From Deferribacterales bacterium Deferri_01 (GTDB taxonomy: Bacteria > Chrysiogenota > Deferribacteres > Deferribacterales > Geovibrionaceae): a stretch of DNA of 64,000 bases. The stretch lies in assembly GCA_001603805.1 (NCBI GenBank), contig LUZY01000013.1, positions 348,723 through 412,722 of the forward strand, given 5' to 3'. Below are positions 29,842 to 40,073 of this stretch, piece after piece. The stretch's first letter is position 1, and each line of letters opens with the position of its first letter. The translations under genes were made by a program, and so were the position numbers. The notes under the pieces are model-generated. The model was not told the DNA's origin. It saw nothing but the letters and a program-made list of their open reading frames with translations, and did not search any database.

Positions 29842-30046
29842 CTATCTCCTCAAAATCCACAGCTTTCTCAATGATTTCATCAAGAGCATTGGTAGTCACC
29901 TTGTGGTATTTTTGAAGTCTGGCTGGTATATCGCCTTCCTTAAAGCAGTTAAGTTCTTTAGCACGAAGACCCGCAAGCCTCACAAGCTTGAAACGGCTTT
30001 TAACTTTTTCATCCTTAATTCTCTTTTCAATGTCGAGCATGGGCAT
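29834..30046 (-). CDS. rpoZ: DNA-directed RNA polymerase omega subunit
   Basis: 70 aa showing the RpoZ pattern (SRFKLVRLAGLRAKEL), located in the conserved gmk-rpoZ neighbourhood. Confidence 0.8.
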   Translation of the reverse strand: MPMLDIEKRIKDEKVKSRFKLVRLAGLRAKELNCFKEGDIPARLQKYHKVTTNALDEIIEKAVDFEEIDG

Positions 30047-30051
30047 AAAAT

Positions 30052-30708
30052 CTAATCCTCCTCTTTCATCAGCTCGTATATGTCTTTCACGTCTTCAGTT
30101 TTAAGATGTTCTGCAATATACACTGACTCAAGATGTTTATATGCTTCGTCAAAATTTCTGTTCATTATAATATAGTCATATTCGCTGAAAAGGCGAATTT
30201 CTTTGCGGGCATTGTCAAGGCGGAGCTTCATAACATCTTCCGGCTCAGTCCTGCGGTTGCGCAGACGCTTCTCCAGCTCCTTTATACTTGGAGCAGTGAT
30301 GAAGATGTATACCCCGTAGCCCAGAGTAGCTTTAAGCTGGCGGGCTCCCTGCGGGTCGATGTCGAGAAGAACGTCTCCTCCCTCTCCGATTATACTTTCC
30401 ACAGTCAGTCTGGATGTTCCGTAATAATTTCCATGCACCTCAGCCCATTCAATGAATTCACCGTCATCTATCATTTTCTTAAACTCAGGCACATCTATAA
30501 AGAAATAGTCCACCTTATCGGCTTCATCAAATCTGGGTTTTCTGGTGGTATACGAAATGGAATAACGGAGAGCTTTGTTGTTTTCCAGAAGCTTATTACA
30601 CAAAGTTGTCTTGCCTGCGCCGCTGGGGGCACTGACTACAAAAAGCTTTCCCTGCTTAAATGTTTTATGCTCAGACAATGTTCTGCACCTGTTCACGGAT
30701 TCTGTCAA
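30052..30708 (-). CDS. gmk: Guanylate kinase
   Basis: P-loop SAPSGAGKTT and the Gmk fold. The annotated start overlaps the yicC end by about 38 nt, so the true start may lie downstream. Confidence 0.9.
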   Translation of the reverse strand: MTESVNRCRTLSEHKTFKQGKLFVVSAPSGAGKTTLCNKLLENNKALRYSISYTTRKPRFDEADKVDYFFIDVPEFKKMIDDGEFIEWAEVHGNYYGTSRLTVESIIGEGGDVLLDIDPQGARQLKATLGYGVYIFITAPSIKELEKRLRNRRTEPEDVMKLRLDNARKEIRLFSEYDYIIMNRNFDEAYKHLESVYIAEHLKTEDVKDIYELMKEED

Positions 30709-31546
30709 GCTCGCTTTTCGCCCTGACTACATTGTTTATTATACCAATTTTACTGCTTTTTGAACCGATGGTGTTGAATTCTCTGTTGAATTCCTGACAC
30801 AGGAAGTCAAGTTTTTTACCGCAGGCAGTTTTTGAGTTTATAATCTGCCTCATATGCTCTCCGTGAGCATATATGCGGGTCACTTCTTCGGTGATATCAC
30901 TTCTTTCGGCGTAAAGAGCCGCTTCCTGAATTATCCTCTCATCCGAAAAGCCTTCAGGAAGAAGTTCCTTAACCCTAGCTGTATATTTATCATACCAGAA
31001 ATTATAAACATCTTTACGGTTTTCATCAATCTCACGGTTCATCTCTTCCAGAACTGCAATGCGCTCAAGAAGATCCGCTTTCAGTGCCTGTCCTTCCTCC
31101 GCTCTCATGGACTCAAGCCCGTCAAGAGCAGTGTTCAGAGCATCAATAAGCACCTTGCCCACTGTGTCGCCCAGAGTATTGTCCTCTTCTGTGCCGATGA
31201 CATCAGGAAGGGAGATAACATGATCCAGACTTATGCTGCCGTCAAGAGAAAATTCCTCTTTCGCCGCAGTAAGTGTGTTGATGTATCCTTCAAGCAGTTC
31301 CCGGTTAAGTTTCGGTTTATACTGGGATTTTTTAAGGTTCACATCCACAAACATATCAACCTTGCCTCTTTCAAGGCGTTCTCTGATTATGTTCTTAATG
31401 GAAATTTCGATAAAGGATAGATATTTGGGCATTCTGATGTTAAGATCAAGATACTTGCTGTTCACACTCTTTATCTCGACTTTTACATCGCAGCTCTCTG
31501 AAACGGAAATACCTTTTCCGTATCCTGTCATACTTTTTATGCCCAT
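30671..31546 (-). CDS. yicC: YicC-family stress-induced protein
   Basis: Start refined to the internal ATG ([12 protein letters not shown]...) preceded by an AAGGAGA ribosome-binding site. The 85-codon upstream extension in the track ORF is low-complexity and has no RBS. Confidence 0.8.
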   Translation of the reverse strand: MGIKSMTGYGKGISVSESCDVKVEIKSVNSKYLDLNIRMPKYLSFIEISIKNIIRERLERGKVDMFVDVNLKKSQYKPKLNRELLEGYINTLTAAKEEFSLDGSISLDHVISLPDVIGTEEDNTLGDTVGKVLIDALNTALDGLESMRAEEGQALKADLLERIAVLEEMNREIDENRKDVYNFWYDKYTARVKELLPEGFSDERIIQEAALYAERSDITEEVTRIYAHGEHMRQIINSKTACGKKLDFLCQEFNREFNTIGSKSSKIGIINNVVRAKSELDRIREQVQNIV

Positions 31547-31625
31547 GGAATTTTTCTCCTTACGGGTATGGCAAATTTTTGATATTGAGTGTAAAATGAT
31601 ACATAAACAGACTTTGGAGGTCAAT

Positions 31626-32375
31626 ATGTTTCCATCTTTGGGAGTGCTGGTACTCCTTGCCGTTGTTTTGCTGGCAAATTCCATACGCGTGCTTAAGGAA
31701 TATGAGCGTGCAGTTATTTTCCGTCTCGGCAGATTTTCCGGCGTAAGGGGTCCCGGACTTATAATCCTTATCCCCGTTCTGGAAAAAATGGCAAAAGTCA
31801 ACCTCCGTACCGTGGTTATGGATGTTCCGCCTCAGGATATTATCACAAAGGACAATGTGTCTGTTAAGGTAAATGCTGTTATTTATTTCCGCATTCTCAG
31901 ACCGGAAAACGCAATTCTTGAAGTTGAAGATTACTATTATGCCACAAGCCAGCTTGCCCAGACAACATTAAGAAGCATTCTGGGACAGTTTGAGCTTGAT
32001 GACCTTCTCTCTAACCGTGAGCAGATTAATGATGAACTTCAGTCTGTGATAGATAAACAGACAGACCCTTGGGGTGTTAAGGTCAGCTCCGTTGAAATGA
32101 AGCATGTTGACCTGCCCAGCGAAATGCAGAGAGCTATGGCAAAACAGGCAGAAGCAGAAAGGGAAAGAAGGGCTAAAATCATTCATGCGGAAGGTGAAAT
32201 GCAGTCCGCCGAAAAACTTGCCGAAGCAAGTGAGATCATGTCAAAAAACCCTGTTACAATACAGTTAAGATATCTGCAGACACTCACGGAAATAGCGTCA
32301 GAGAAAAACTCCACCGTTGTTTTCCCGCTGCCTATTGATCTGATCAGCAAGTTTATGGATAGGTTACCCAAGTAG
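31626..32375 (+). CDS. SPFH/band-7 (stomatin/prohibitin-like) membrane protein
   Basis: Start refined to the ATG after a GGAGGT ribosome-binding site ([11 protein letters not shown]...). N-terminal TM followed by the SPFH domain ([16 protein letters not shown]..., [11 protein letters not shown]). Confidence 0.8.
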   Translation: MFPSLGVLVLLAVVLLANSIRVLKEYERAVIFRLGRFSGVRGPGLIILIPVLEKMAKVNLRTVVMDVPPQDIITKDNVSVKVNAVIYFRILRPENAILEVEDYYYATSQLAQTTLRSILGQFELDDLLSNREQINDELQSVIDKQTDPWGVKVSSVEMKHVDLPSEMQRAMAKQAEAERERRAKIIHAEGEMQSAEKLAEASEIMSKNPVTIQLRYLQTLTEIASEKNSTVVFPLPIDLISKFMDRLPK

Positions 32376-32386
32376 GAGGAGACTGT

Positions 32387-35032
32387 ATGCTCAAATCGGA
32401 TTACAAAAAGATTCTGGACACCTCAAAAGGCAAAGTTGCCATGTATGACATCACTAAGCTGGAGAAAGACGGTCTTGCCGATATTAAAAGACTTCCGTAT
32501 TCCATCAGAGTGCTTGTGGAAAACATGCTCCGTAAGCTGGACGGACAGATCGTCACCGAAGAAGACGTTCTGGAGGTTGCAAACTGGAAACCTGCATATG
32601 ACGCACCGAAAGAAATTCCGTACCACCCGGCAAGAGTTATCATGCAGGACTACACAGGCATACCCGGCATAGTTGACCTTGCCGCAATGAGAGACGCTGT
32701 AAACGAGGCGGGCAAAAATCCTTCCGTAATCAATCCGCTTGTACCTGTTGATCTCATAGTAGACCACTCCGTTCAGGTTGATTACTTCGGCAGCGAAGAC
32801 AGCCTTGATAAAAACGTGGATCTTGAATATAAACGCAACAGCGAGCGTTACGCCGTTCTCAAATGGGCACAAAAGGCATTCCTTAATCTCCGCATAGTCC
32901 CTCCCAGTTCAGGTATCTGCCATCAGGTTAACCTTGAATATCTCGGAAAGGTTGTTGACACCCGTGAGATTGACGGAGAAACAATCGCCATATGCGATAC
33001 ATGCGTCGGCACAGACTCCCATACTCCGATGATTAACTCCATAGGCGTAATGGCATGGGGCGTGGGCGGTATTGAAGCTGAAGCTGTTATGCTCGGTCAG
33101 CCATATTATATGCCAATTCCGGAAGTTATCGGTCTTAAACTCACCGGAACAATAGCCGAAGGAATAACAGGAACAGACGTAATCCTTACTATCACAGAGC
33201 TTCTCAGGAAACACAAAGTGGTGGAAAAGTTCGTTGAAGCGTTCGGACCGGGTATAAAAGCCCTTAAAATCCCTGACAGAGCAACAATCTCCAACATGAG
33301 CCCCGAATTCGGCGCAACGATGACCTTCTTCCCCGTGGATGACGAAACCCTGCGTTTCCTTCGTTTTACAGGCAGAGAGGCAGAAGCCGATCTTGTTGAA
33401 AAATATACCAAAGCAAATGGTCTCTTCTATGATGATTCCGTTACTCCGGAATACACCAAAGTTGTGGAGCTTGATCTTTCAACCATAAAACCATGCGTTG
33501 CCGGTCCCGCAAGACCGCAGGACAGAATAATCCTTAAAGATCTGCCCAAGGTTATGAACGAATACGCCGGCAAAGGAGCGGAAGTTCCCCTCACTCTTCA
33601 GGGAGAAAACTTCACTCTGAAAAACGGCTCAGTGGTAATAGCCGCCATAACTTCATGCACAAACACCTCAAACCCTTTTGTGATGATAGGCGCCGGACTT
33701 GTGGCTAAAAAAGCGGTAATGAAAGGTCTCCGTGTGCCTGCGTATGTAAAAACAAGCCTTGCACCCGGTTCAAAAGTGGTTACTGATTACCTTGATAAAT
33801 CAGGTCTTATGCCCTATCTTCAGGCATTGAGATTCCATACGGCAGGCTACGGCTGTACCACATGTATCGGTAATGCCGGACCTCTGCACCCTATTATAGA
33901 AAAAGCAGTCAAGGACAACAAAATGTCCGTTGCCTCTGTTCTTTCAGGCAACAGGAACTTTGAAGCACGTATTCACGCCAACGTCCGTGCAAACTTCCTC
34001 GCCTCACCCATGCTTGTTGTGGCTTATGCTCTCGCAGGTACAGTGAATCTCAACATGGATACGGATCCCATAGCCTACAACCCCAATGATGAACCTGTGT
34101 ATCTTAAAGATATATGGCCCACATCGGAAGAGATATGGGAACTTGTGGAATCAAGCCTTTCCAGCGAGGACTACCTCAAGGAATACGGACGCATACTTGA
34201 AGGCGATAAGTTCTGGGCTGCCCTTTCCGCCAACAAAAGCGAAATTTTTGACTGGCAGAAGGACTCTACCTATATCCGCAGACCTCCCTTCTTTGAAGGT
34301 TTTAAACCCACACCTGCACCTATAACAGACATTAAAGGAGCAAATGCAATAGCTCTTCTCGGCGATTCTGTCACCACCGACCATATCAGCCCCGCAGGTT
34401 CTATAATGCCTGATTATCCCGCAGGTCAGTATCTCATTTCCCATGGCAATACCAAGGATGATTTCAACTCCTACGGTTCAAGACGAGGCAACCATGAAGT
34501 AATGATGAGAGGCACCTTCGGAAACGTGAGAATCAAAAACAAACTCGTTGAACCTAAAGAAGGCGGATACACTAAATATATTCCAACAGGCGAAGAGATG
34601 TTCATCTATGACGCTTCGATGAAATATATTGAATCCGGCACGCCCACAGTTATTCTCGGCGGAAAGGAATACGGAACAGGCTCATCCCGTGACTGGGCAG
34701 CGAAGGGGACCAAACTTCTGGGAATCAGAGCTGTTATAGCCGAAAGCTTTGAGCGCATCCACAGAAGCAACCTTGCAGGAATGGGCGTTCTGCCTCTGGT
34801 TTTCAAAAACGACCAGAGCTGGAAATCACTCGGTCTGGACGGTTCAGAGACCTTTACAATTGAAGGGCTTGCAGATGTCACTCCCAGATGTACTGTCAAA
34901 GTCAAAGCTGTTAAACCTGACGGCAAAGTTACAGAGTTTGATACAATGTGCAGACTGGACACAGACATCGAGATCGAATACTTTAAACACGGCGGAATCC
35001 TCGATTTCGTTTTAAGAAAACTCATGAACTAA
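32387..35032 (+). CDS. acnA: Aconitate hydratase (AcnA/IRP type)
   Basis: 881 aa with conserved aconitase Cys ligands and SGNRNFEAR-type motifs in the swivel domain. An 11-nt gap after the SPFH gene suggests co-transcription. Confidence 0.9.
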   Translation: MLKSDYKKILDTSKGKVAMYDITKLEKDGLADIKRLPYSIRVLVENMLRKLDGQIVTEEDVLEVANWKPAYDAPKEIPYHPARVIMQDYTGIPGIVDLAAMRDAVNEAGKNPSVINPLVPVDLIVDHSVQVDYFGSEDSLDKNVDLEYKRNSERYAVLKWAQKAFLNLRIVPPSSGICHQVNLEYLGKVVDTREIDGETIAICDTCVGTDSHTPMINSIGVMAWGVGGIEAEAVMLGQPYYMPIPEVIGLKLTGTIAEGITGTDVILTITELLRKHKVVEKFVEAFGPGIKALKIPDRATISNMSPEFGATMTFFPVDDETLRFLRFTGREAEADLVEKYTKANGLFYDDSVTPEYTKVVELDLSTIKPCVAGPARPQDRIILKDLPKVMNEYAGKGAEVPLTLQGENFTLKNGSVVIAAITSCTNTSNPFVMIGAGLVAKKAVMKGLRVPAYVKTSLAPGSKVVTDYLDKSGLMPYLQALRFHTAGYGCTTCIGNAGPLHPIIEKAVKDNKMSVASVLSGNRNFEARIHANVRANFLASPMLVVAYALAGTVNLNMDTDPIAYNPNDEPVYLKDIWPTSEEIWELVESSLSSEDYLKEYGRILEGDKFWAALSANKSEIFDWQKDSTYIRRPPFFEGFKPTPAPITDIKGANAIALLGDSVTTDHISPAGSIMPDYPAGQYLISHGNTKDDFNSYGSRRGNHEVMMRGTFGNVRIKNKLVEPKEGGYTKYIPTGEEMFIYDASMKYIESGTPTVILGGKEYGTGSSRDWAAKGTKLLGIRAVIAESFERIHRSNLAGMGVLPLVFKNDQSWKSLGLDGSETFTIEGLADVTPRCTVKVKAVKPDGKVTEFDTMCRLDTDIEIEYFKHGGILDFVLRKLMN

Positions 35033-35072
35033 AAAAAATATAGAGGCACTTGCGCCTTCAGCAGTATAGTAG

Positions 35073-35107
35073 AGGGCGCTCATCATGATGAGCGCCCTTA
35101 TTTTTTG
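35073..35107. terminator. Rho-independent terminator (bidirectional) after the aconitase gene
   Basis: Hairpin AGGGCGCTCATCATGATGAGCGCCCT followed by TATTTTTTG. An A-run precedes it, so it can also terminate the convergent minus-strand gene. Confidence 0.6.
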
Positions 35108-35782
35108 TTAAGCTGTCACATCAACAGGCTGCTGCGCTGCTGCTGTTATCTCTTCTTTATGGGCGTCTATCTTCTCCATGAGAAGTTCAAGGGTATCCAC
35201 GCAAACCTGCGGCATTTGCCCTATCTGGTTTTCCACACTTTTATAACCTTTAACCGCACCTTCACGAGCCTGTTCAAGCCTTTCGGGGTCGCCACCCGCT
35301 ATGGATTTTATGAAATCGAAAATCCTTCCTGATGTTTTTTCCGCACCCCAATAAGCATCATCACCAAAGTAATTATCATAGGTGTCAGTGGGTTCTTCTG
35401 AAACTAACCCCTCTTCCATGGATATTTCAATGGAAGAGTAGCTGAACCTGAAACCTTCGCTTACTTTGGAGTGTTCACTGTTTTGCTCAGAAAAGGCTTC
35501 GATGGTAATAGATTGAATCTTCATTTTGAAGCCTTGGTAATTCAAACCTTCACTCTGGGAGCTTTCATTATTCAGATAAGAGGCAAAACTCTGCGCCCCC
35601 TCTTTCAGCCCTGCTATATCAAGGATAAAAGCTGAACCGCTGCTCACATATCTGCTTCCTGCTTTATTTCCTGTATTATATGCCGGAGCAGTGGTGGCTC
35701 CTTCTTTTGATGATGTCCGTTTTGATGAATAGGCAGTTGCCTCAAAACGGGTACTGGTCATGTTCAGCGTCATTGACTGCAT
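35108..35782 (-). CDS. Hypothetical protein (Ser/Thr-rich N-terminal half, acidic C-terminal half)
   Basis: 224-aa ORF, apparently monocistronic and bracketed by terminators. No recognisable domain. Confidence 0.5.
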   Translation of the reverse strand: MQSMTLNMTSTRFEATAYSSKRTSSKEGATTAPAYNTGNKAGSRYVSSGSAFILDIAGLKEGAQSFASYLNNESSQSEGLNYQGFKMKIQSITIEAFSEQNSEHSKVSEGFRFSYSSIEISMEEGLVSEEPTDTYDNYFGDDAYWGAEKTSGRIFDFIKSIAGGDPERLEQAREGAVKGYKSVENQIGQMPQVCVDTLELLMEKIDAHKEEITAAAQQPVDVTA

Positions 35783-36037
35783 GATATTCCTCCGTAAATA
35801 CTGTCCTTAGTCTGCCCATATCTGAAGGCGCAAAAATATCCGCACCGCAGTAAAGGGCTTTTTTCAATCCTTTGAATTGTGAGGGTTACATCGACGTACT
35901 GTTAATAACGAAGCTTCGTATATGCAGACAGGTGCAGATGCGTCACTTCCTCCATCCGCTGCATGTGTATATTATCGGTCAAAACGGAAAAATCTTGAGG
36001 AGAAGAGTCACTGTTATTTTGCAATCTATGAGATGGT

Positions 36038-36070
36038 AAAAACAAAAAAGGCACCGGATATCCGGTGCCC
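36038..36070 (-). terminator. Rho-independent terminator after the CoA-transferase gene
   Basis: Hairpin GGCACCGGATATCCGGTGCC with an A-tract on the plus strand (a T-tract on the minus strand) immediately following. Confidence 0.55.
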
Positions 36071-36116
36071 TTCTTTATTCTTCGCAGTATAAGCCTGAGG
36101 GCTTTGTCTGAGTTTC

Positions 36117-37676
36117 TTATTTGTTCCAGAAACGCATTGTGCCGTTTTCTGCAAGGTTGATGTGCATTTTGTATGCTTCTGAGAGTATGTGGGGCTCATG
36201 GTGGTAACCAGTAGCCTTTTCAGCTCTTTCAAGGTAGTCAGTAAGGTAGTCTTTGTATGCGGGGTGAGCGCATTTTTTGATAATTTCGCGGGCTCTGTCT
36301 TTGGGAGCAAGACCACGAAGATCCGCAAGACCCTGCTCAGTAACAAGAACATCAAGATCCGCTTCAGTATGGTCAACGTGCGGAGCTTTTGTAACAACGC
36401 CTGATATACCGAATTCGTCAGTTTTAGAAGGACGAACAGAGGGGCAGTGCATGATAGAGAGGTAAGCGTTTCTCAGGAAGTCACCTGAACCGCCTATACC
36501 GTTAAGCATTTTTGTACCGCCGGCGCAAGTTGAGTTAGCATGAGCATATATGTCGAACTCAAGGGGAGTGTTCATACCGATAACGCCGAGTCTTCTGATA
36601 AGTTCGGGGTTATTGGAGATCTGCTGAGGTCTCATAAGAACTTTGTCTTTGTAGAACTCGAATTTTTCCCACCATTCTTTAAAGCCTTCTGCTGAAAGTG
36701 AAAGAGATGTGCAGTTGATATATTTGCACTTTCCGGAGTCAAGGAAAGGAAGGAAAGTATCCTGAAGAACTTCTGTGAAAACTACGAGATCTTCAAAAGG
36801 AGAAGCAGTAAGACCGCCCACAACCGCATTTGCGATTGAACCAACTCCTGACTGAAGAGGAAGAAGGTTTTTGGGAAGACGTCCGGCTTTAACTTCGTGT
36901 GTAAAGAAGTCAACTATGTTATCTGCGATAGCCTGAGCAACATCGTCTGTTCCTCTGAGCGCACGTCCGTTGTCGGGAAGCTTGGACTCAACTATTGCAA
37001 CGATTTTGTTTTTATTTGTTTCCACCCATGGTGTTCCGCAGCGCTGACGAACGTCAGTTATGGGGATGATTTTTCTGTAGGGAGGAAGGTCCGTCGTCAT
37101 AATGTCGTGCATTCCTTCGAGAGAAGGCATTGCAGTATTGATCTCAACAATAATTTTTTCTGCTATATCGATAATTTCAGGAGCAGCACCCACAGAACCG
37201 GCGAGGATAATGTTGCCGTCTTCGGTGATAGCTGTAGCTTCGATTATAGCCACGTCAAGCTTGCCGCCTCTGTCTTTGGTGTAGAAGCCGTATTTAAGAT
37301 CCTGAGCAAACATGGAGAGGTGTTTGTCACCCATTCTGATTTTACCGGAGTTGATACCTTTGCCGATGTCTTTACCAGTCTGGTAAGGCCATCTTCTGTC
37401 GATCATGTCAAGTGTTGCCCATCTGTTTTCAGTTTCAGAACCAACAGATGCGCCAATGAAAAGGTTGAACTTCCATTTCCCCTGAAGACCGTTTTTCTCA
37501 ACATGGTCAGCAAGTGCAATAGGTATAACTTTGGGATAACCCACAGGTGTGAAACCTGACCAGCCGAGATCCATAACTCTGTTATCGGCATCTTTGAAAA
37601 ACTTAATTGTGTCCTCAGGTTTCATAAAAAGATGATGAAGGCTCTTATCACGAACCCTGCTCTGAAGTTCAGACAT
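36117..37676 (-). CDS. Acetyl-CoA hydrolase/transferase family protein (probable succinyl-CoA:acetate CoA-transferase, Cat1/Ach1-like)
   Basis: 519 aa with N- and C-terminal AcetylCoA_hydro domains (GSVGAAPE, GIGGSGDFLRNA). Confidence 0.85.
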   Translation of the reverse strand: MSELQSRVRDKSLHHLFMKPEDTIKFFKDADNRVMDLGWSGFTPVGYPKVIPIALADHVEKNGLQGKWKFNLFIGASVGSETENRWATLDMIDRRWPYQTGKDIGKGINSGKIRMGDKHLSMFAQDLKYGFYTKDRGGKLDVAIIEATAITEDGNIILAGSVGAAPEIIDIAEKIIVEINTAMPSLEGMHDIMTTDLPPYRKIIPITDVRQRCGTPWVETNKNKIVAIVESKLPDNGRALRGTDDVAQAIADNIVDFFTHEVKAGRLPKNLLPLQSGVGSIANAVVGGLTASPFEDLVVFTEVLQDTFLPFLDSGKCKYINCTSLSLSAEGFKEWWEKFEFYKDKVLMRPQQISNNPELIRRLGVIGMNTPLEFDIYAHANSTCAGGTKMLNGIGGSGDFLRNAYLSIMHCPSVRPSKTDEFGISGVVTKAPHVDHTEADLDVLVTEQGLADLRGLAPKDRAREIIKKCAHPAYKDYLTDYLERAEKATGYHHEPHILSEAYKMHINLAENGTMRFWNK

Positions 37677-37707
37677 TCTTTTCCTCCTTTAACTTAATGT
37701 CATTATT

Positions 37708-38490
37708 TTAGTTTTTTCTCTCTATTACAAAAGCGTTTAAAGCATCGTCAAAACTGGGAATCTTTTCCCTAATCACAGCCACCTTGGCTGACTCCATAAA
37801 GCCTGTATAGACCCCTTCTTCGGCAGAGGGCTCATAAACAGCCTCACCCCACGGGTCATACATTACCGAATAGCCGCATGGCATATCCTTGCGGCCGTGC
37901 ATAACGCTGGTATTACATCCGGCAATATAGCATTGGTTCTCTATGGCTCTGGCGCGTAAAAGCGTCAGCCAGTGTTCTTTTTTCATTGCGCCCCATACAG
38001 CGGGCACAGCTATGAGTTCGGCACCGGCTCGTGCAGTCATGCGGAAAAGTTCGGGGAAGCGGATTTCATAGCAGAGGAGAAGCCCGACCTTAACACCCAT
38101 GAATTCAAAAAGCGTAATGCCTTTACCGTTATCAATATATACATGCTCATTAAGAGGGGTAAAAAGGAAATTCTTGCGGTAGGAGGCTATAACACCCTTG
38201 GCTGAAACCGCATAAACGGTGTTGTAAACCTTGTTATAATTCCCTTCAGGCAGAGTTGAAATAACCAGCGTATTTTCATTAAGCCTCTCGGAAATAATGT
38301 TACAAATCTCTTCCGTCTGCCTGCTGAATCCGTTAAGGTTCTGGTAGTCGAAACCTGTCGCCCACATTTCAGGCAGGATAATAATTGAAGGTTGTTCATC
38401 AATAACTTCCGACAAAACTGCTAGGAATTTTTCCTTATTGGATTCAATGTCCCCCAGCCTCATCGGAAACTGAAGAGATAGTATCCGCAT
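37708..38490 (-). CDS. Carbon-nitrogen hydrolase (nitrilase superfamily)
   Basis: The E-K-C catalytic-triad context is present (ILPEMW..., LLCYEIRFPE). 260 aa. Confidence 0.85.
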   Translation of the reverse strand: MRILSLQFPMRLGDIESNKEKFLAVLSEVIDEQPSIIILPEMWATGFDYQNLNGFSRQTEEICNIISERLNENTLVISTLPEGNYNKVYNTVYAVSAKGVIASYRKNFLFTPLNEHVYIDNGKGITLFEFMGVKVGLLLCYEIRFPELFRMTARAGAELIAVPAVWGAMKKEHWLTLLRARAIENQCYIAGCNTSVMHGRKDMPCGYSVMYDPWGEAVYEPSAEEGVYTGFMESAKVAVIREKIPSFDDALNAFVIERKN

Positions 38491-38657
38491 TCAGTCCCTC
38501 TTAAACTCCGGTGATAATAAAACAGAATTTGAACCATGTCAAGCAGTTCAATATGAAGACATATGAAATTTATTAACTTTAAGCGGACAATACCGTATCA
38601 GAAGGGTTATTAGCTTTTATAATAATGAAACACGTTTGATTTTAAAACAAGTAGGGA

Positions 38658-38702
38658 TAAAAAAGAAAAAAGCCGGAACGTAAGACGAACCGGCTTTTTT
38701 AT
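38658..38702. terminator. Bidirectional rho-independent terminator downstream of the radical SAM/SPASM gene
   Basis: AAAAAAGAAAAA-AGCCGGAACGTAAGACGAACCGGCT-TTTTTT. Confidence 0.55.
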
Positions 38703-38725
38703 CTATTGCTTATTACTAATAATTA

Positions 38726-39796
38726 TCAGCCGCAGGGCTTATAGTTTGTGGGAATATAATCACAGAAAGGCTCTTCTTCCATATAAGAGCCGCTTACGGC
38801 GTATGATCTCGCACGGCATCCGCCGCATACACCGAGATACTTACAGACTCCGCATTTGCCCTCATAGTCTTTAAAGCTTCTCATATCTTTAAATAACTGC
38901 GAGTTGTTCCATATTTCCCAGAAGCCCTGTTTAAAAACATTACCGGCAGCCATGGGAAAATATGAGCAGGGATAAACATCGCCTTCATGGTTGAGCAGAC
39001 ATATTGACTGACCGGCTATGCACCCTTTTCCGCCGCCTGTGCCGAAAGAAAGGCTTCTGCGTTCGGGGTCAAGCCCATCCGCCTTACTGCGTTCGTGCCA
39101 TATGCGGTAATATTGCGGCGCACAGGTGGGACGGACAAGAATATCCTCTTCCTCACGCTCCATATCATAGTGCCAGTTAAGAAGGTCTTCGTAATCCTCT
39201 TTAGAGACAAGCTCCTTCATAACCTCTTCCCCTCTTCCGGTGGGGACGATGAGGAACATATACCATGCAGTAGCGCCGATCTTTTTGGCAAGCTTGTATG
39301 TGCCTTCTATCTGGTTCTGGTTTCTTTTGGTGAAAGATGAGTTCACGATAAACTTGATATCATGCTTCCTGAAATGCTCTGCCGCGTTCATGACGGATTC
39401 ATAAGCACCTTCCTGACCACGGAAGTTGTCATGCACCTCTTTGGTAGCTCCGTCAAGACTAAGGGAGACTATGCGGATGCCTGACTGTTTCATGTTTTTA
39501 CAGACTTCATCATCCACAAGCATTCCGTTGGTAGCCATAGCCATGCGGAAACCTTTCTCTGTTCCGTATGCTGCTATGTCGAAAACATCTTTTCTTAAAA
39601 GCGGTTCACCGCCTGAAATAACTATAACAGGCTTGGCTTGTTCGCCTATCTCATCCATAAGAGATTGGCATTTGTCAAACGTAAGGTTTCCCTCCGCAGA
39701 TTCTATTGTTGAATTAGAACGGCAGTGAACGCAATTCATGTTGCATTTTCTGGTTACTTCCCATGCCATCCATTTCAGATCCCACTGTTTGTTCAT
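38726..39796 (-). CDS. Radical SAM / SPASM-domain enzyme, AhbD/NirJ-like (anaerobic haem or haem-d1-type maturase family)
   Basis: CxxxCxxC ([14 protein letters not shown]), SGGEPLL, LSLDGA and a C-terminal SPASM Cys cluster ([13 protein letters not shown]). The N-terminal block closely resembles AhbD/NirJ. Confidence 0.75.
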   Translation of the reverse strand: MNKQWDLKWMAWEVTRKCNMNCVHCRSNSTIESAEGNLTFDKCQSLMDEIGEQAKPVIVISGGEPLLRKDVFDIAAYGTEKGFRMAMATNGMLVDDEVCKNMKQSGIRIVSLSLDGATKEVHDNFRGQEGAYESVMNAAEHFRKHDIKFIVNSSFTKRNQNQIEGTYKLAKKIGATAWYMFLIVPTGRGEEVMKELVSKEDYEDLLNWHYDMEREEEDILVRPTCAPQYYRIWHERSKADGLDPERRSLSFGTGGGKGCIAGQSICLLNHEGDVYPCSYFPMAAGNVFKQGFWEIWNNSQLFKDMRSFKDYEGKCGVCKYLGVCGGCRARSYAVSGSYMEEEPFCDYIPTNYKPCG

Positions 39797-39856
39797 GTCA
39801 GCTCCATATATTTCGATTGTTATAATGATATTATCTTAAAAAAGATTAAACAAGTA

Positions 39857-40039
39857 TTACATTGCCGTCTGAATAATTTTTACAGACCGCAGTTGTCTGA
39901 TCTCCCGCACGGCGGCTTCCGTCTGTGGAAGCTTAATATACGTCTGTCTGCCGCAGAAAACTGAACGTCCTGCCCAGCCACCGCTGTTCAAAAAACCTGC
40001 GTCCATGCAGTTTTTTTCACTCGCATCTTCACGGCACAT
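39857..40039 (-). CDS. Questionable 60-aa Cys-containing small ORF directly upstream of the radical SAM/SPASM gene
   Basis: MCREDASEKNCMDAGF... has a GGAGGAAG sequence about 14 nt upstream. The region is unusually GC-rich for an intergenic stretch and contains direct repeats. It could equally be a structured RNA or regulatory region. Confidence 0.2.
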   Translation of the reverse strand: MCREDASEKNCMDAGFLNSGGWAGRSVFCGRQTYIKLPQTEAAVREIRQLRSVKIIQTAM

Positions 40040-40073
40040 CCATGTGCCTTTAACTTCCTCCGTCCACGGAAGC

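Noticed and set aside
30671-30708. 38-nt overlap between yicC and gmk as evidence of a frameshift or pseudogene
   Set aside because: It is more simply explained by gmk initiating at a downstream non-annotated start. The P-loop lies 28 residues into the track ORF, and both reading frames are otherwise intact.
39857-40073. SRP (4.5S) RNA or another housekeeping ncRNA in the GC-rich region downstream of tonB
   Set aside because: No match was found to the conserved SRP domain IV motif (GGUCCGGAAGGAAGCAGCC) or to recognisable tmRNA or RNase P elements. The region is left as unclassified (see findings).
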